A stretch of DNA of 64,000 nucleotides from Trichosphaerium sp. ATCC 40318 (GCA_038496445.1 JALMLS010000440.1:248001-312000), one strand, 5' to 3'. Positions 42,001 through 54,421 are shown, numbered from the stretch's first letter. The notes: generated by a model not told the origin, from the sequence alone. A program made the numbers and translations.

Positions 42001-45000
42001 AGGTACTGTAAATTCGGCAACAGGAACTAAAAATAATATTATGTTAAGTGTTTTAAGAATGACAATATGCGTTACCTTTTTTTGCGACAACAGGAATCTC
42101 TTGAGATAATACATCAGCATCGTTGTATTTTGCAGATATTGTTAGAGGTCCAACAGATTCAGGAGTGAATGAGATTGATACTTCATTTGGATGTTCGTCA
42201 ACAGACTCAACTGTGACTGGCGTATCACCAGAAACAGTGACACTCAAATTATCTTTATCGATGTCCATTGGATCGCCTGATTCTTTGTCTGTCATTTGGA
42301 GTGTCAGTTGAGACTCGGAACCAGCGATGATCTCATCTGGCATATCATCAATTGAAACAGTCGGCACTTAACAGCGTAAGTAAGTTTAACAACAGATCAT
42401 TTTATGGTTACCTTGCTTTGGCTTCGCTTGGAACTCTTTAGACATAATTTCCTCGCCATCATAAGTAGCTTTGAGATTATTGTCACCTGCTTCATCAACA
42501 GTAACAGTGAAAGGAACTTGTCCAAGCGTTTCAGAGTCACCGACTTCAACATTTCCTTTATCAACAGTGACAGCGAGCTTATCTTTCTCCACTTCCATTG
42601 GAGACCCTGTCACTTTATCGATAACATCCATGCTCACGCTTACAGGTTCGCCAACAATGACATCTTCTGGTATCTCACATGTGGCGGAAGGCTCTGTTTT
42701 AACAGAAAAGTCAACTTTGGTAAACAAACCAAGATTCCGAGTACCTTTTTTGTGTTCAATAGATAAGTCAGCTTCGCCAATGACTTTATCATCATATGAT
42801 ACAGATAACTTCTTATCACCTGGTTCATCGTTCTTGAGATCGATTTTGAACTCACCAGGAGTATCAGAAGGCTTGCAATCAAGATTTTCATCTCCAAGTG
42901 TTGCTTTAATTTTAGCAGGATCAATGTCATCCATCACCTCTTGTGTTTCTGCGTCTTTTATTGATACTGTAACAGAAGCGTCTTCGCCTTGTTTTAGGAC
43001 ATCAGGAAGCTTAATATCTGCAGTAGGAACTATACAAAGTAAGTCATCAACACAACTTTTTTATCTCTTTATCTAGCTTTTAATTGTGTACCTCTCTTTG
43101 GCTTAACTTCAACTGTATCGTTCAATATTTCTTCTCCGTCGTATGTAGCAACTATATTCTTACTTCCAGGATCATCAAAGGTTATTTTTGCTGCTACTTT
43201 ACTAGAAGAGTCACCATCTTCAAAATCGACATCGTTATCACCAACTTTCAGTTTTAGCTTGTCTTTGTCGATTTCCATATCGTCTCCGGATACTTCATCA
43301 ATGAGACGAAATCCAAGAGGTATCTCAGAACCTGCTTCGATGTCTTCAGGTTTATCATCAACCAAGAGTTTAGGCACTTGAACAGACAGTAAGAAAAACA
43401 TCTTCAAAAAGCATGAACAGAGTTACCTTTTTTAGCGTCCACTGTGAATTCCTGAGAAGCAACTTCTTCATTATTTATAGATACCTTGAGTGTGGCTTTA
43501 CATGGTTCTTCAAAAGATACTGAAATAGGCACTTTGCCTACTTCATCAGAGTCGCCAATATCTAGCTTCCCGTTTTCAAGAGTAACTTCAAAGTTATCTT
43601 TATCAACCTCCATAGGATCTCCAGTGACAGAATCTGAAACGCTAATCGTTGCCTTATATTCTTCTCCAGTAACTATATCGTCTGGTATATCGAATCGTGC
43701 GACAGGTACTAGTTAAATTTATCAGCAACAAATCCACAAGAAAGTAGGTTTTTACCTTTTTTGTGATCAACAGAGAACTCTTTTGTGCCGATCTCTTTAC
43801 CATCGTATGTGATTGAAAGTTTTTTATCGCCTGGATCATTAAAGTTGAGAGGTAAGGAGAACTCTCCAGGGTTATCAGAGGGTTGAACTTCAATATCTTT
43901 TCCATCCAAAGTAACTTTTACTTTGGAAATATCAAAGTCTTCAATATCCTCGTTAGATTCCTCATCTTTAACTGTAAACTTCAACTCTGAATCATCACCT
44001 TGTGTGAGAGTATCGGGTACAGTAACTTCTGCTTTAGGGACTAAAATACAAGATCAATAAACGCGAGAGCAAAAAACGGAGAAAAAGAACAAATTTCTTA
44101 GTTTCTTTGGTACCTTGCTTCTTCGCTACAGCGATATCTTCGTTTAGTATTTCATCGTCATCATATTTGACAACCAATTTCGTATCACCAGGTTCAGTTG
44201 GTTTGAAAGTGAGCACAACTTTTCCTGGTTCATCTGAAGGCTCAATTTGTAGGTCTTCAGCAGGAACGTTTACATTTAATTTATCAATATCAATATCAAG
44301 AGGTTCTCCAGAGCCTTTGTCTTTTACTTGTACAACCATACGAACTGGTTCTCCAGCTAAAGGCTTCTCTGGCTTCTCTACAACATTACCAACAGGTTCT
44401 AGAAGTAATGAGTAAGAAGAGAATGCGCTAAACTTTTTTGTTCACCTTTTTTAGCTTCAACATCTAGCTCAGATTTGCCGATTACTTGGCCATCGTAAGA
44501 CACTTCCAATGGAACCTTTCCTCCTTTATCCAAATTGAGAGGTATTTTAAACTCTCCTGGGACATCAGAAGGCTCACATTGGATATCTTTACCATCAAGA
44601 GTAACTTTAATCTTTGACGGATCAAAATCTTCCAAAGGTTCTGAAGTATTTGCGTCTTTGACATTGAATGTTACTGAACCATCTTGACCTTGAGTCAACG
44701 AATCTGGAACATCAAATGACGCTGTAGGCTCTAAAATACGAAAACGTATGAGAACGATAACTTCGTTAAAAATATGAAACACGTGATATTTTTTTTGTTT
44801 ACCTGGCTCAGGTTGAACGTCTATTGTTTCTTTTGCTATTGGCTTTCCATCATAAGATATAGTCACTGTCTCAGCTCCTGGATTCTCTATTTCGAAAGGT
44901 ATTTTAAATTCACCAGGTACATCAGTAGGTTCAATCTTAACTTCTCTATCTCCAATAGAAACTGTCAACTTTTCACTTTTTTCAAATGGTTTTCCAGTGT

Positions 45001-47257
45001 TAGGGTTTGTGAGGTTTACTTTTATCTCCTGTGGTGTACCAGTTATAAACTCTTTGGGTGGATCGCTTATTTTAGCGAGAGGTTCTGAAGGTAAAAGTTA
45101 ATAGATATCAAATACAAGCACAAAGATTGAGTTACAAAGAAATCCTTTCGTACGTGTCTCAGGTACTGTAAATGTTGAAGATAACATCTCATCATCTCCG
45201 TAATTAACTTTAATACTAGACTCTCCGCTTTCTTGAGGAACAAATTCAATAGCGTATTCGCCTTCGCCTTCTAAAGGTAGTATCTTTACTTCTCCTTTTG
45301 AAGGTACGCTAACTTTGATTTTATCCAAGTCTGGTTTGAAAGGTTTGCCATCTTCCTTGTTTGCAAACTTGACAACGCATTTTACAGGAGAATCTTCATT
45401 AAGATCCTCAGGTAAGGCTTCCAGCGTAGCAGAAGGCACTAGTCAAACATTAAAAAATAGCAAAACGTTGAAGAATAAGATACAAAAGAAGTCGGATTCC
45501 GTGCCTATTTTAGGTGCTGGCGGTTCAGCTTTAGGTTCTTCTGGAGCCTTTTCTGTTTCTTTTTCTTCTTTGGAATCATCTCCTCCTTCGTCAGCTTGAA
45601 CCTCAGCGTTTTTAAAGTAAGCCAAATATGTAGCCATAGCCAAATCATCGGGATGATCTACGATATCTTCTGGCTGTAAAATACTTGGTATGCCAAACTT
45701 ATTCTTGGCAATTTCCATGGCCCTATAGTAAATATTAGTTAACAACGACCACTTGTCTCCTCAGAGAAAATATATAGAGCCATTGCGAGATAGACAAAGC
45801 GACACAAAAGTTCAACAAAAAAAATAACAAAACCAAGTACCGAGCAACATCTTTGTACGCATCTCCCTAGTGTTGTTATTAGTGAATAAAATATATTAAC
45901 GCGTTTGGTTACCGTCATTCCAGACAACGGACATGACCCTTTTTGTAAACTATCTACTAGCGCTGTAAGAGCTTTAGCATCACTCCATCTAATAAAACAA
46001 TTAGAAAATAAAGCTACTTTTTTGGATGAATAAAGCGCACCCTTTTTTGAAGCTAGTCACTTCAACAGGATAATCTAAAAATTATTAACACATGCTACGT
46101 ATAGTAGTGTTTATTTTTTAACCTTTGATCTGTTCTTTGATCCATCTGTAATTTTGTTAGAGGCGAAAAAATTAACGACGTTTTTTTTTTCTTTTCAAAA
46201 CACGTACGCAAGCAATGCGTCTTTGACTTGTTTCGCATTTTTTCCTTTACCTCCCTACGTCAATCATTAATATTTAAAATATCTCGCGTTCCATCTTTAA
46301 AAAATATGGACGTACTTTTGACACGTGATAACGAAGTATAAGAGTCCTGTAGATGTCAGAAAATTTAACAATAAAAACGTGTTAAACAAAAAAACTCCTC
46401 ATTACCAGATTAACCCAAGAACAAGACTTTCCTTGCCGTCATGAATATCCTCTCCTCCTATATTCACAGTACGAATACCTTGATCCTCAATGAACTTGAG
46501 AGCCTAGTTTACGCATCAGGAAAATATAGTTGGAACGCGGTACAGCCACAAAACGTTTTTGTACAATTTTTTTCGGAGTTTTTTTATTCAAAAACAAAAA
46601 CGCCGATCGCGTGGTTCTTGACGCTCAGTAGATTATGATACCCTTTACTAAGAATGGACAACAAAATAAAGAAAAAAAATATCACGTGATACAAAAAAAA
46701 AGATTGTACCACTAAAAAACGCCAAGACATCAAAAACAAGCCAAAGAAGGCGTGACATGTCGAAATAAAACAAAAACAAAAACACAAAAAAAAAAACTCT
46801 TCACCGTACAATGTTTATATTCTCAATCATCTGAAACTTCATACGTGGCTTCTTACTATACCTTGGAAGAGGCTTATCTGATATTTCCTAAAAGATATCG
46901 GTAACGGACTTGACAGTTTTATCAAAGAAGCACTGTCAAGATAACAAGGTACTTACGCCTAGAAGCTCTAATAATTTAACACCACTTTTTAAATCTTCTA
47001 CCAAATCTTTTATAGCAACATCTTCACCTAGCTCGCTCATATGGGTGTTACACCATCCTTTAAACGCCTAAAAAAAAAGGTTTAAACAATCACGTGAGTA
47101 TCCACGAGGTGGAACAAAAAAAAGATCGATAACGTAGTTAGGAAAGCGGGAAACTGTTTAATACGATCCATAATGGAAGCGCGGTAAAAAACGCGGTTTA
47201 AAGAATACTTACGTTCTTCTGGGATCGTATCCAAGCATTTGGATCTTTTTGCGCCAT
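30050..47257 (-). CDS. Giant filamin-like protein: CH1-CH2 actin-binding domain, about 40 Ig-like modules, C-terminal 4-TM domain
   Basis: WIRSQKN|AFKGWCNTHM...DLKSGVKLLELL...NIGGEDIHDGKESLVLGLIW|TLILRYH (CH1). WSDAKALTALVD...FGIPSILQPEDIVDHPDDLAMATYLAYF (CH2). About 95-aa acidic modules, mostly one per phase-1 exon. In-frame canonical splices lead into four hydrophobic helices and a stop at 30050. One apparent 1-nt frameshift near 33060. Confidence 0.85.
34130..44041 (-). repeat. Three-module (about 1 kb period) coding super-repeat inside the filamin-like gene
   Basis: Recurring order X (DDIKATLGDEDVECTPTDNPSEFKIPL), Y (KDKLAVTV...VEVGDSDTLG), Z (PDEIIAGSESQLTLQMTDKESGDP). About ten cycles, near-identical in the core 34850-42370. 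Confidence 0.9.
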
Positions 47258-47762
47258 ATTTGGGCGTAAAAAAAATAAACTAGAGGTGCTGTTGGTAAAG
47301 TGGCTTTTGTGGAAATGAAGAATAAGAAACGGAAAAAAATGTGATTTCCAAATATCAGAAAAAAAAAAAACTCCTACTGACACGTGCTGAGTATGAGCTC
47401 ACCAAAGCAAATAACCCAATAAACAATACTGTAGTAGTACAAATACTTATAAACAAAGCCAAGAAATGACAACAGAAGCACATTGAAGGTGAGACCTGAA
47501 TGATGCAATGGACTTAACTCCACAATGGAATTCTCAACGACAGTGGCACCTACACCAGCTTCCAACTAACATACTTTACATCATCTCAGCAGCCATAGCA
47601 GCTCTACCAGTTGCCAAAATTGCAAGCAGTCTCGTGATAAGAAGCAAACCGATTTTGAACCTGAGCATTTTCAAGAATGAGGCAAAAACTCAAAATTGAA
47701 GCATACTGTCAACAAGTACGAACTACAGAATACAGTGTAAAAATTAGTTTGTGATTTATTAA

Positions 47763-49134
47763 TCAAATGTCTGATTGATCCCAAAAGGAGTTGGCACATA
47801 ATGGATCCAAAGTACATTCGAATCTATCATGACAAAATACAGCACATACATTATCAACACAGTTGGATGCAAAAATACAATCATTTTCTTGAACAAGACG
47901 AAAGCATCTTGCATGACTTTGACAACTTGTTTGAACAGGTACTGTTGGATCCACGTTGATTGACGATAATGTTGGTGGCTCACAGAATGCTGCTGTGCCT
48001 TGCCTGTAAAAAGGACGGTAAGTATTATCACTTGACCATTCATACGTACACAGAACTACCTTCATTTGAACGAATTGGAGGATCTTCTCTGGCGTCTGTC
48101 ACAATCGCTGCTCCGATATTATCAATTTGACCAGCACCAACCATACCTACAATGACACTACAAGATACTTCTTCGTTTTCATCAAGAGTTGCTGTAAAAC
48201 CAATAGCACCATCACGGGCAATAGATGATGCTACATTTATACAATGAAGCGAAGATGAATCAATAACAGCAATAGATGTATCAAAAGCGAGAGTGGCAAT
48301 GATATTCTCAGTTGTTGCTGGTAATGAGTTGTAGTTTTGACACAGGACTCGTATTTCGATTTTGTCACCCACACTCAATTCTTGAAGATCTATTTCACCA
48401 ACAGATGATATTGAATGCCTAGATTAATGTTAAATCGCATCGGTTTGATTAGATACATACCAACAAGATACAATCGGTTGAGAGCATATGTAATCGAACG
48501 AAGTATCTGTTCCATGTCGAATGGTGTGTATTTCTACTTGAACAAGATCTACTGATTCAAGTGTAGCAGCTTGATTACCATAAGGTATGCATACATCAAC
48601 TCCAGGAGGCATAAATATGTATTCCGATACTAGCTCAGAAAGGGTAACTATTTTGAAAATGAATTCACTAAAGATTGACTCTTTAAAGATAGCTCTTATA
48701 TCTATAACACCATCATTGCGAATAATATGAAAATTGTAACAACCTGTAGTTGAGGTTAGGTAAACTTCACTTTTAGATCAACGCACTGGCTCCGTTTTGA
48801 AGGAAGTTGATTGGATTTTGCAAAGTATCTACAAGTTGAGTACCACCAGCGTATCTTAGAGTACAAGATCCATTTACCCCAACGCCATTATTAATAGCAA
48901 AATTGGCTCCACTCGTGAAAACACAACTAAAAAAACTATCTATACCGACGCTATCATACTTTGCTGTTGTAACCCTCACACCTCCAACAATAGAGCTTAT
49001 AATTAAATTAGAGCTTCTTGAAGGGGTGTCAAGAGTTGCTTCTACTGTAGAAGGGAAGTCAAACGGTCCATTTGAATGGCGTGTATAGCTGTCACAATAA
49101 ATACGAAGAAACATAGAGTGAGTGTTTGATACAT
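47763..49134 (-). CDS. Secreted protein copy A1: variable N-domain + DUF11-like Ig domain + Cys-rich tail (apparent 1-nt frameshift near 49066)
   Basis: Signal peptide MYQTLTLCFFVFIVTAIHA; 4 exons; VGDKIEIRV.CQN...TLDENEEVSCSV...GQIDNIGA...DP...SNEGS (DUF11-like); tail CQSHARC...CIFASNCVDNVCAVFC...CANSFWDQSDI. Confidence 0.75.
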
Positions 49135-49753
49135 CACACGTGTGTTTTGATCTATTTTTGGTTTTTACTTTGCTTTCACAATTTAAGATATTGCATCGCG
49201 GTATTGGGGAAGTTCCTTATCAAATACTTGCGAAACATAGCTACAAAAGTCATGTTCCATTTGATAATAATGAAGAATGTAGCTACTTTTCTTGTGGTAT
49301 CATGTTCCATGTTATAGTAAACTGGTGGTTGAAAACAGCAGTTTGAAACGTTTGTAAGAAAAACGAGAGGAATCACTGTAACCATATTTTAAGTATCTTT
49401 ATAGTTAGTGTAAAAGGGAATGGCAAAGTGGGAAGGCGGTTTGGTGCTCACAATCTGTTGTGAGTTTCTCAGATTACAGCGGTGCGTATTACGTTCCTTT
49501 GCTGCTCTTAGTTTTCAACTGGAAAGCAGAAAAATAACTTTACATTTCGTTTATCTTGCCTTGAAGAAGTTCTCAACAACATTTTCCCTTACCCTTTCTA
49601 TGGAATTGTAACAGTTGTAGAGAACGAGTTTAGCGTTCTTATGTCAGGGAAGTACCGAAGACAGTAGGTGTAACACATTCCAATCTATGCTGTATCTTGA
49701 AATAAACTGTGAACCAAAAAAACTCAAAACCAAAAATAGACTAAACACACGTG
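49135..49753. promoter_or_regulatory. Shared divergent promoter of pair A1/B1
   Basis: 619-bp gap between divergent ATGs. CACGTG lies within 3 nt of each ATG and the ends are imperfect inverted repeats. Conserved in the second pair. Confidence 0.6.
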
Positions 49754-51140
49754 ATGTACCAAACAGTCGCTCTTTGTTTTTTCGTATTCACAGTAATTAC
49801 AGCAATCCACACCTTTCAAATAGACCCCTTTAATGTAACCTCTTCTACTGTGGCTAGCCCTAATAATCCAAGTACAGTCAATACCGTTTTTGATGTGTCT
49901 ATTGCTGGAGGAAAGCGTGATTTGATGGCAACATTGCTTCAGGGACAAGTTGAAGAGCTAAAACTTCACTGTGACATAGCCTTCAATACTATCATTGAGC
50001 TCTGATTTGACTGTACAAGGAAATTGTACAGTTGTCTATTCTGGAATTGATTTATTAAATCCTCGAATGCCAACGCCAATAAACTTTCTTCAAAATGGAG
50101 CTAGTACGTTGTCATTATATTTTTTCTTTGAATGAAGTATTTACTTTACATGCTAAGGCTGCTTCAACTTTCGTATTATTACAAACGATAATGGAGTAGG
50201 ATTGAGAGGCCAGTTTTGGGATTCACTTTCACCTCATGTCGTCACTCTTTCGCATCAGCTCACCATACCAATTAGTTCTGCTATAGATGTATGTATACCG
50301 TTTGGAAATGAAGCAAGCCTCCTCGCATCAGTAGATAGAGTAGAACTTGCCTTGGAAGGTTCAATACATTTTGATGGGGCAGTACAAAACATGTGCTCTC
50401 AACCGATTGTATCTTGTTGGTATGTACTCAAGAGAAATGATGAGCGATCTAACACCAAAATAGGCATACAATAGTGGCCATTGGCGAAGCAGATCTTCAA
50501 GAATTGAATGTTGGTGATCAAATCACAATACTAGTTGCCTGTAAAAACTACAACTCATTACCAGCAACAACTGAGAATATCATTGCCACTCTCGCTTTTG
50601 ATACATCTATTGCTGTTATCGATTCATCTCAGTACTGTGTTCATCGACTGCAATTTCTAGAATCGCAATTGGAGGTGTTCTTGCTTTTACAGCAACTCTT
50701 GATGAAAACGAAGAAGTATTTTGTACTGCAGTATTTGATTTGGTTGGTCCTGGTCAAGTTGATAATATCGGAGCAGCAATTGTTACAGACGCCAGAGAAG
50801 ATCCTCCAATTCGTTCAAATGAAGGTAGTTCTGTGTATGTAAAATACTATTTGAATGGTCAAGTGATAATACTTACCGTCCATTTTATAGGCAAGGCACA
50901 ACAGCATTCTGTGAGCCACCAACATTATCGTCAATCAACGTGGGAGGTCAAGATCCAACAGTACCTGTTCAAACAAGTTGTCAAAGTCATGCAAGATGCT
51001 TTCGTCTTGTTCAAGAAAATGATTGTATTTTTGCATCCAACTGTGTTGATAATGTATGTGCTGTATTTTGTCATGATAGATTTGAATGTATTTTGGATCC
51101 ATTATGTGCCAACTCCTTTTGGGATCAATCAGACATTTGA
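49754..51140 (+). CDS. Secreted protein copy B1 (two apparent frameshifts near 49990 and 50640; possible pseudogene or consensus error)
   Basis: Same exon structure as the other copies; SIAGGKRDL N-domain; DUF11-like exon; Cys-rich tail ending WDQSDI. Confidence 0.7.
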
Positions 51141-51353
51141 TTTAATAAATCACAAAGCTATTTCACATTGTAGTATGTACTTGTTGATAATATGCTTCAA
51201 TTTTGACAGTCATACCAGTAATAAACCATTAACTATTCATACTCTGTTAATGACTACTCAACAAAGGTAGTTTGAACATTTACAAACAAGTTGAACGATT
51301 TTCATAAAATGATGCACAATTACTTAAAGGATCTTTCACATTTTCTTCAAAAC

Positions 51354-51890
51354 AGATCCTTTTGTTGTCCCTTCTATTGTAACGACCTGACAAGTATCCC
51401 ATTACCTTTCTTGGAATCCCTATCACGTTTTTCTACATCCTTGGCATCACTTGATATCTCCAATCCTTTTGATCAACGACAAATGAATCTCAAGCTATTG
51501 GAAGAGCTTACAGGTACGAACTCAAACATCAAAACCATTAGTCTTTTTTTTTTTTGCCACCAACTTTTGACAATTTATGGTCGTGTGGGACGTTCTTGTG
51601 GCTCGTTTTGTTGTCAAGAATACGTTAGAACATGAGCATGTTTTAAACTACAAGAGGAAGAAAGCAAAAGGTAGAGACAAAGCGTGAATGAAACCAAAAA
51701 ACAACATTTAACTTTTTTCTTGTTATAGATGCTTCTAGCTCACCAAAGAAACAATCAAAGAAATCAAGAGCTGTTCTTGTAAGAACAAGAAGATTTGGTA
51801 CTTTAATGGCAAGTAGTGGTATATTACCATTCAGCATTCAAGGCTTTGTTGGCGGACAAGCAATAATTTTCTTATTGGAAAAAACTAAAT
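51354..51890 (+). pseudogene. Possible LRR (RNI-like) gene fragment
   Basis: STSLASLDISNPF-like LRR segment bounded by splice-like sites. No start codon or coherent continuation was found. Confidence 0.3.
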
Positions 51891-52114
51891 AAAAAACCAA
51901 GATGTAAAAGTTGATTTTTCTTTCGCTTCACGTATCTCGCCTTGCAACTATGATTATTGCCAATCAGATGCTCCCTGTTTCTGATTTCAGGATGACATAA
52001 TATTCTCTCTACAGGTAGTTATTTTTATTTCACCGACCCTACACCTTAGTAACATACAATGTCCTGCTAATTCTGTTTTTATTTTACCTAACTTTGCACA
52101 ATACCTCTTTTTTT

Positions 52115-54009
52115 TCATATCTCATTATCTTCACTCAGTGGGGGCAAGACGTCTTCGTCTTCAGCATTCATGTCAACAACATTCATGTATTTGCTCATGT
52201 CTGGTACACCAGTTCTTGCTTCACGTGATGATAGCACATTTCTTCTAGACGACTTTGTTATTGGTATTCCTGTCCTTACTTCAAATGGTCGTAGTGCATT
52301 ATTCCAACGCGGCATTTTCTTTGTTCGTGGTATTCCTGTCCTTGTTTCTCCGAATTTTGAGGGTTTGTTTTGGTTGTTAGTTTTTTTATGCTGTCTTTGT
52401 AACTCAGCAGCCTCAGCTAATAAGGCATCTTTGTCCTCGATCAATAGCTCATCATCTTCACTCAGTGGGGGCAAGACGTCTTCATCTTCAACATTCATAT
52501 TATCAACATTCATGTATTTGCTCATGATTACTGCCATTATTTCACTCCTTGTTAGTGGTAAACCAGTAAAATTCTTGACAAACTTTGTGTAGGGAATACC
52601 AGTCTCGATTTCAAATGCATTCAATCCAGATAACATATCCTCGATGGGGAACTCAGGCTTTGTTTCAGGAACACCACTCTCAAGTTCAGTGTTGTTCATC
52701 AATGTCAAGTTTGGTTCTTTTCTCCTGCTTCTATTTTTCTTTTGAGGTCGAGATTTCTTTTCTGGCATCATACCACGCATACCCTTTGTGTGAAGTTCGT
52801 TGGGTACTTGCCTATCGGTGCAAACCTAAACAGAATAAAGTCAGAAACGAGAACTCAAAACAACTTTGGCATAACAATTCTAAATTTGTATACCTCATGC
52901 CAAACAGTTATCCTTGGTTTGTTTCCATACTGTATTCTATGATTACCAGGTGGTATGGCTTTATTCGAAGCTTTTTCCGTAGCATAACCACACCACAATA
53001 CAGCGCACATGGGCGGTATGTCAATCCACTCATCATCTTGAGGGTCATGGAGTTGTAAGCCTTTCGTGTTTGACCCTAGGTTTAAAGCAAACAACCCTGG
53101 GTCGTAGTGTGCGATACAATTCATTGGAGGGACTGTGCGCTTCTACAAAAATGAGTAAGATAAAGAGAACGTGGTTTATTGTCATTATTGTAAACAAAGG
53201 TAGACGTACCTCGTTGTTGTAATAGTGAGCGAAATCAAGCATGCCATAGTTTGGTTTTTTTGAGTCGGTTTCGAGCATTGGTAGAGTTACACGCTGGCTT
53301 AACTCCTTTACTGAGCATCCAAATAATGTACTAGATGTTGCTTCCATAATTTGGTGAAGAACATCGTCCATCATTACTGAGAGAGGAGAAAGTGTAGCTT
53401 GTAGTTCCTGAGGGTAAAGAGACTTTTCAATGTAACTGAAAAAAAAAACAAGTCAGTTATTTGTGCGACACAACTGTACTTTTGAACATACCTTCCAGTA
53501 AGAATACGAAAGCTCTCTTTATGTGGAACAGCTAGAACATAGATTTAGTATCTCAAAAAGCCAGTGGATAGAAACAATTGAAAGGAACTTTTTTTGTGGA
53601 TATTTTCACGAAAATAAATTTACGGTTCAAAAAATCAGTGAAATGAACGGCCTGTCTTTGGTTTGTGGATACGTACGGTTATATCCCATTACCGTTGGGT
53701 AGTGGTATGTCTCTTTGTATTTTTTATCCTTGGAAAAGAAGCGTTCTGCAGCTTTCATGCTTTCCTTTGCCATTGTATTCATACGCTTGTTTAACTTAAA
53801 TACAGCCCATCCACGGCGTTTAAGGATCTTGTGGAGTCTATTTATTTCATTTTGATCCTTTTTTAGGACTTTATCTATTTCAATAGCTGGTTCATTTGAC
53901 TACAGGCCATGTTAGTTGTAAAACAACGAATTCAGAGTTTTAACGCTAAACGTAGACGCACCAAACTGCCTCCTTGACCTGAAAATGATGTTGATTGGCT
54001 CGTATTCAT
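52115..54009 (-). CDS. 2-oxoglutarate/Fe(II) oxygenase (IPNS-like fold) with repetitive C-terminal tail
   Basis: RRGWAVFKL...AERFF N-domain; facial triad AHYDPG...GNHRI; GLQL; KPRITVW 2OG-binding Arg; in-frame splice to the 221-aa tail ORF 52115-52780. Confidence 0.85.
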
Positions 54010-54209
54010 GTTATCTAAAACTCAGAATGAAAAAAATAACACTTTAGCTCAGAACAGTATTCACGTAAACGAGCCGGCAACTTTCGCACCAACGCACACG
54101 CCTTTTTTTTTTATTATACTTCTTAGGAGTGATAGACTTTGTGTTGTGGATGTGGTGTTAAAACAATATCACTAGAAGCATTTACAGAATTTATTCCACT
54201 CTACCATAA

Positions 54210-54421
54210 TAGATATGGCAGAAATACCGTATGTACCGATCTCGGGCTGAAACGAAAAAAACGGTTCATAAACGGTTCAAACGGTGCGCTGCCACAAAAA
54301 CCTTAGTGAAAAATTTTAGGTTCACTGAATGAAGAACACAGTCTTGTTCTGCACCGCGGTTCGGACTAAAACCGAAGTCAAATGAAAACGGACCGGTATT
54401 AGACCGGTATTTGCCACTTTA
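54210..54421. mobile_element. hAT-type MITE (212 bp)
   Basis: 8-bp direct repeat TACCATAA at 54202-54209 and 54422-54429. Imperfect terminal inverted repeats tagatatggcagaaataccg / cggtatttgccacttta. Several internal AAACGG and ACCG motifs. Confidence 0.75.

Larger units (their letters stand above)
47690..51200. repeat. Left arm of a roughly 3.5-kb inverted segmental duplication (partner about 54431-57910)
   Basis: Intergenic 49140-49750 matches the reverse complement of 55870-56505 over long identical stretches. Gene order A1<- ->B1 mirrors B2<- ->A2. Confidence 0.9.

Noticed and set aside
34850-42370. Regular conserved blocks separated by unique 40-50 nt spacers (CRISPR-like look)
   Set aside because: The conserved blocks are roughly 290-bp coding exons and the spacers are GT-AG introns; no cas genes are present.
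34249-45599. Many Ser/Thr-rich plus-strand ORFs across the repeat array
   Set aside because: They are antisense shadows of the acidic, codon-biased minus-strand exons; they repeat with the exons and lack independent gene signals.
47374-47699. Short hydrophobic ORFs upstream of the filamin-like gene
   Set aside because: Interrupted by stops and unsupported; cannot be distinguished from intergenic sequence.
50830-50895. Same apparent frame change after SNEGSSV in all four paralogs (possible programmed frameshift or dual-coding tail)
   Set aside because: A GTAYGT...TTTTAYAG intron removes it and joins SV|QG in frame; the long alternative-frame ORF tails are artefacts.
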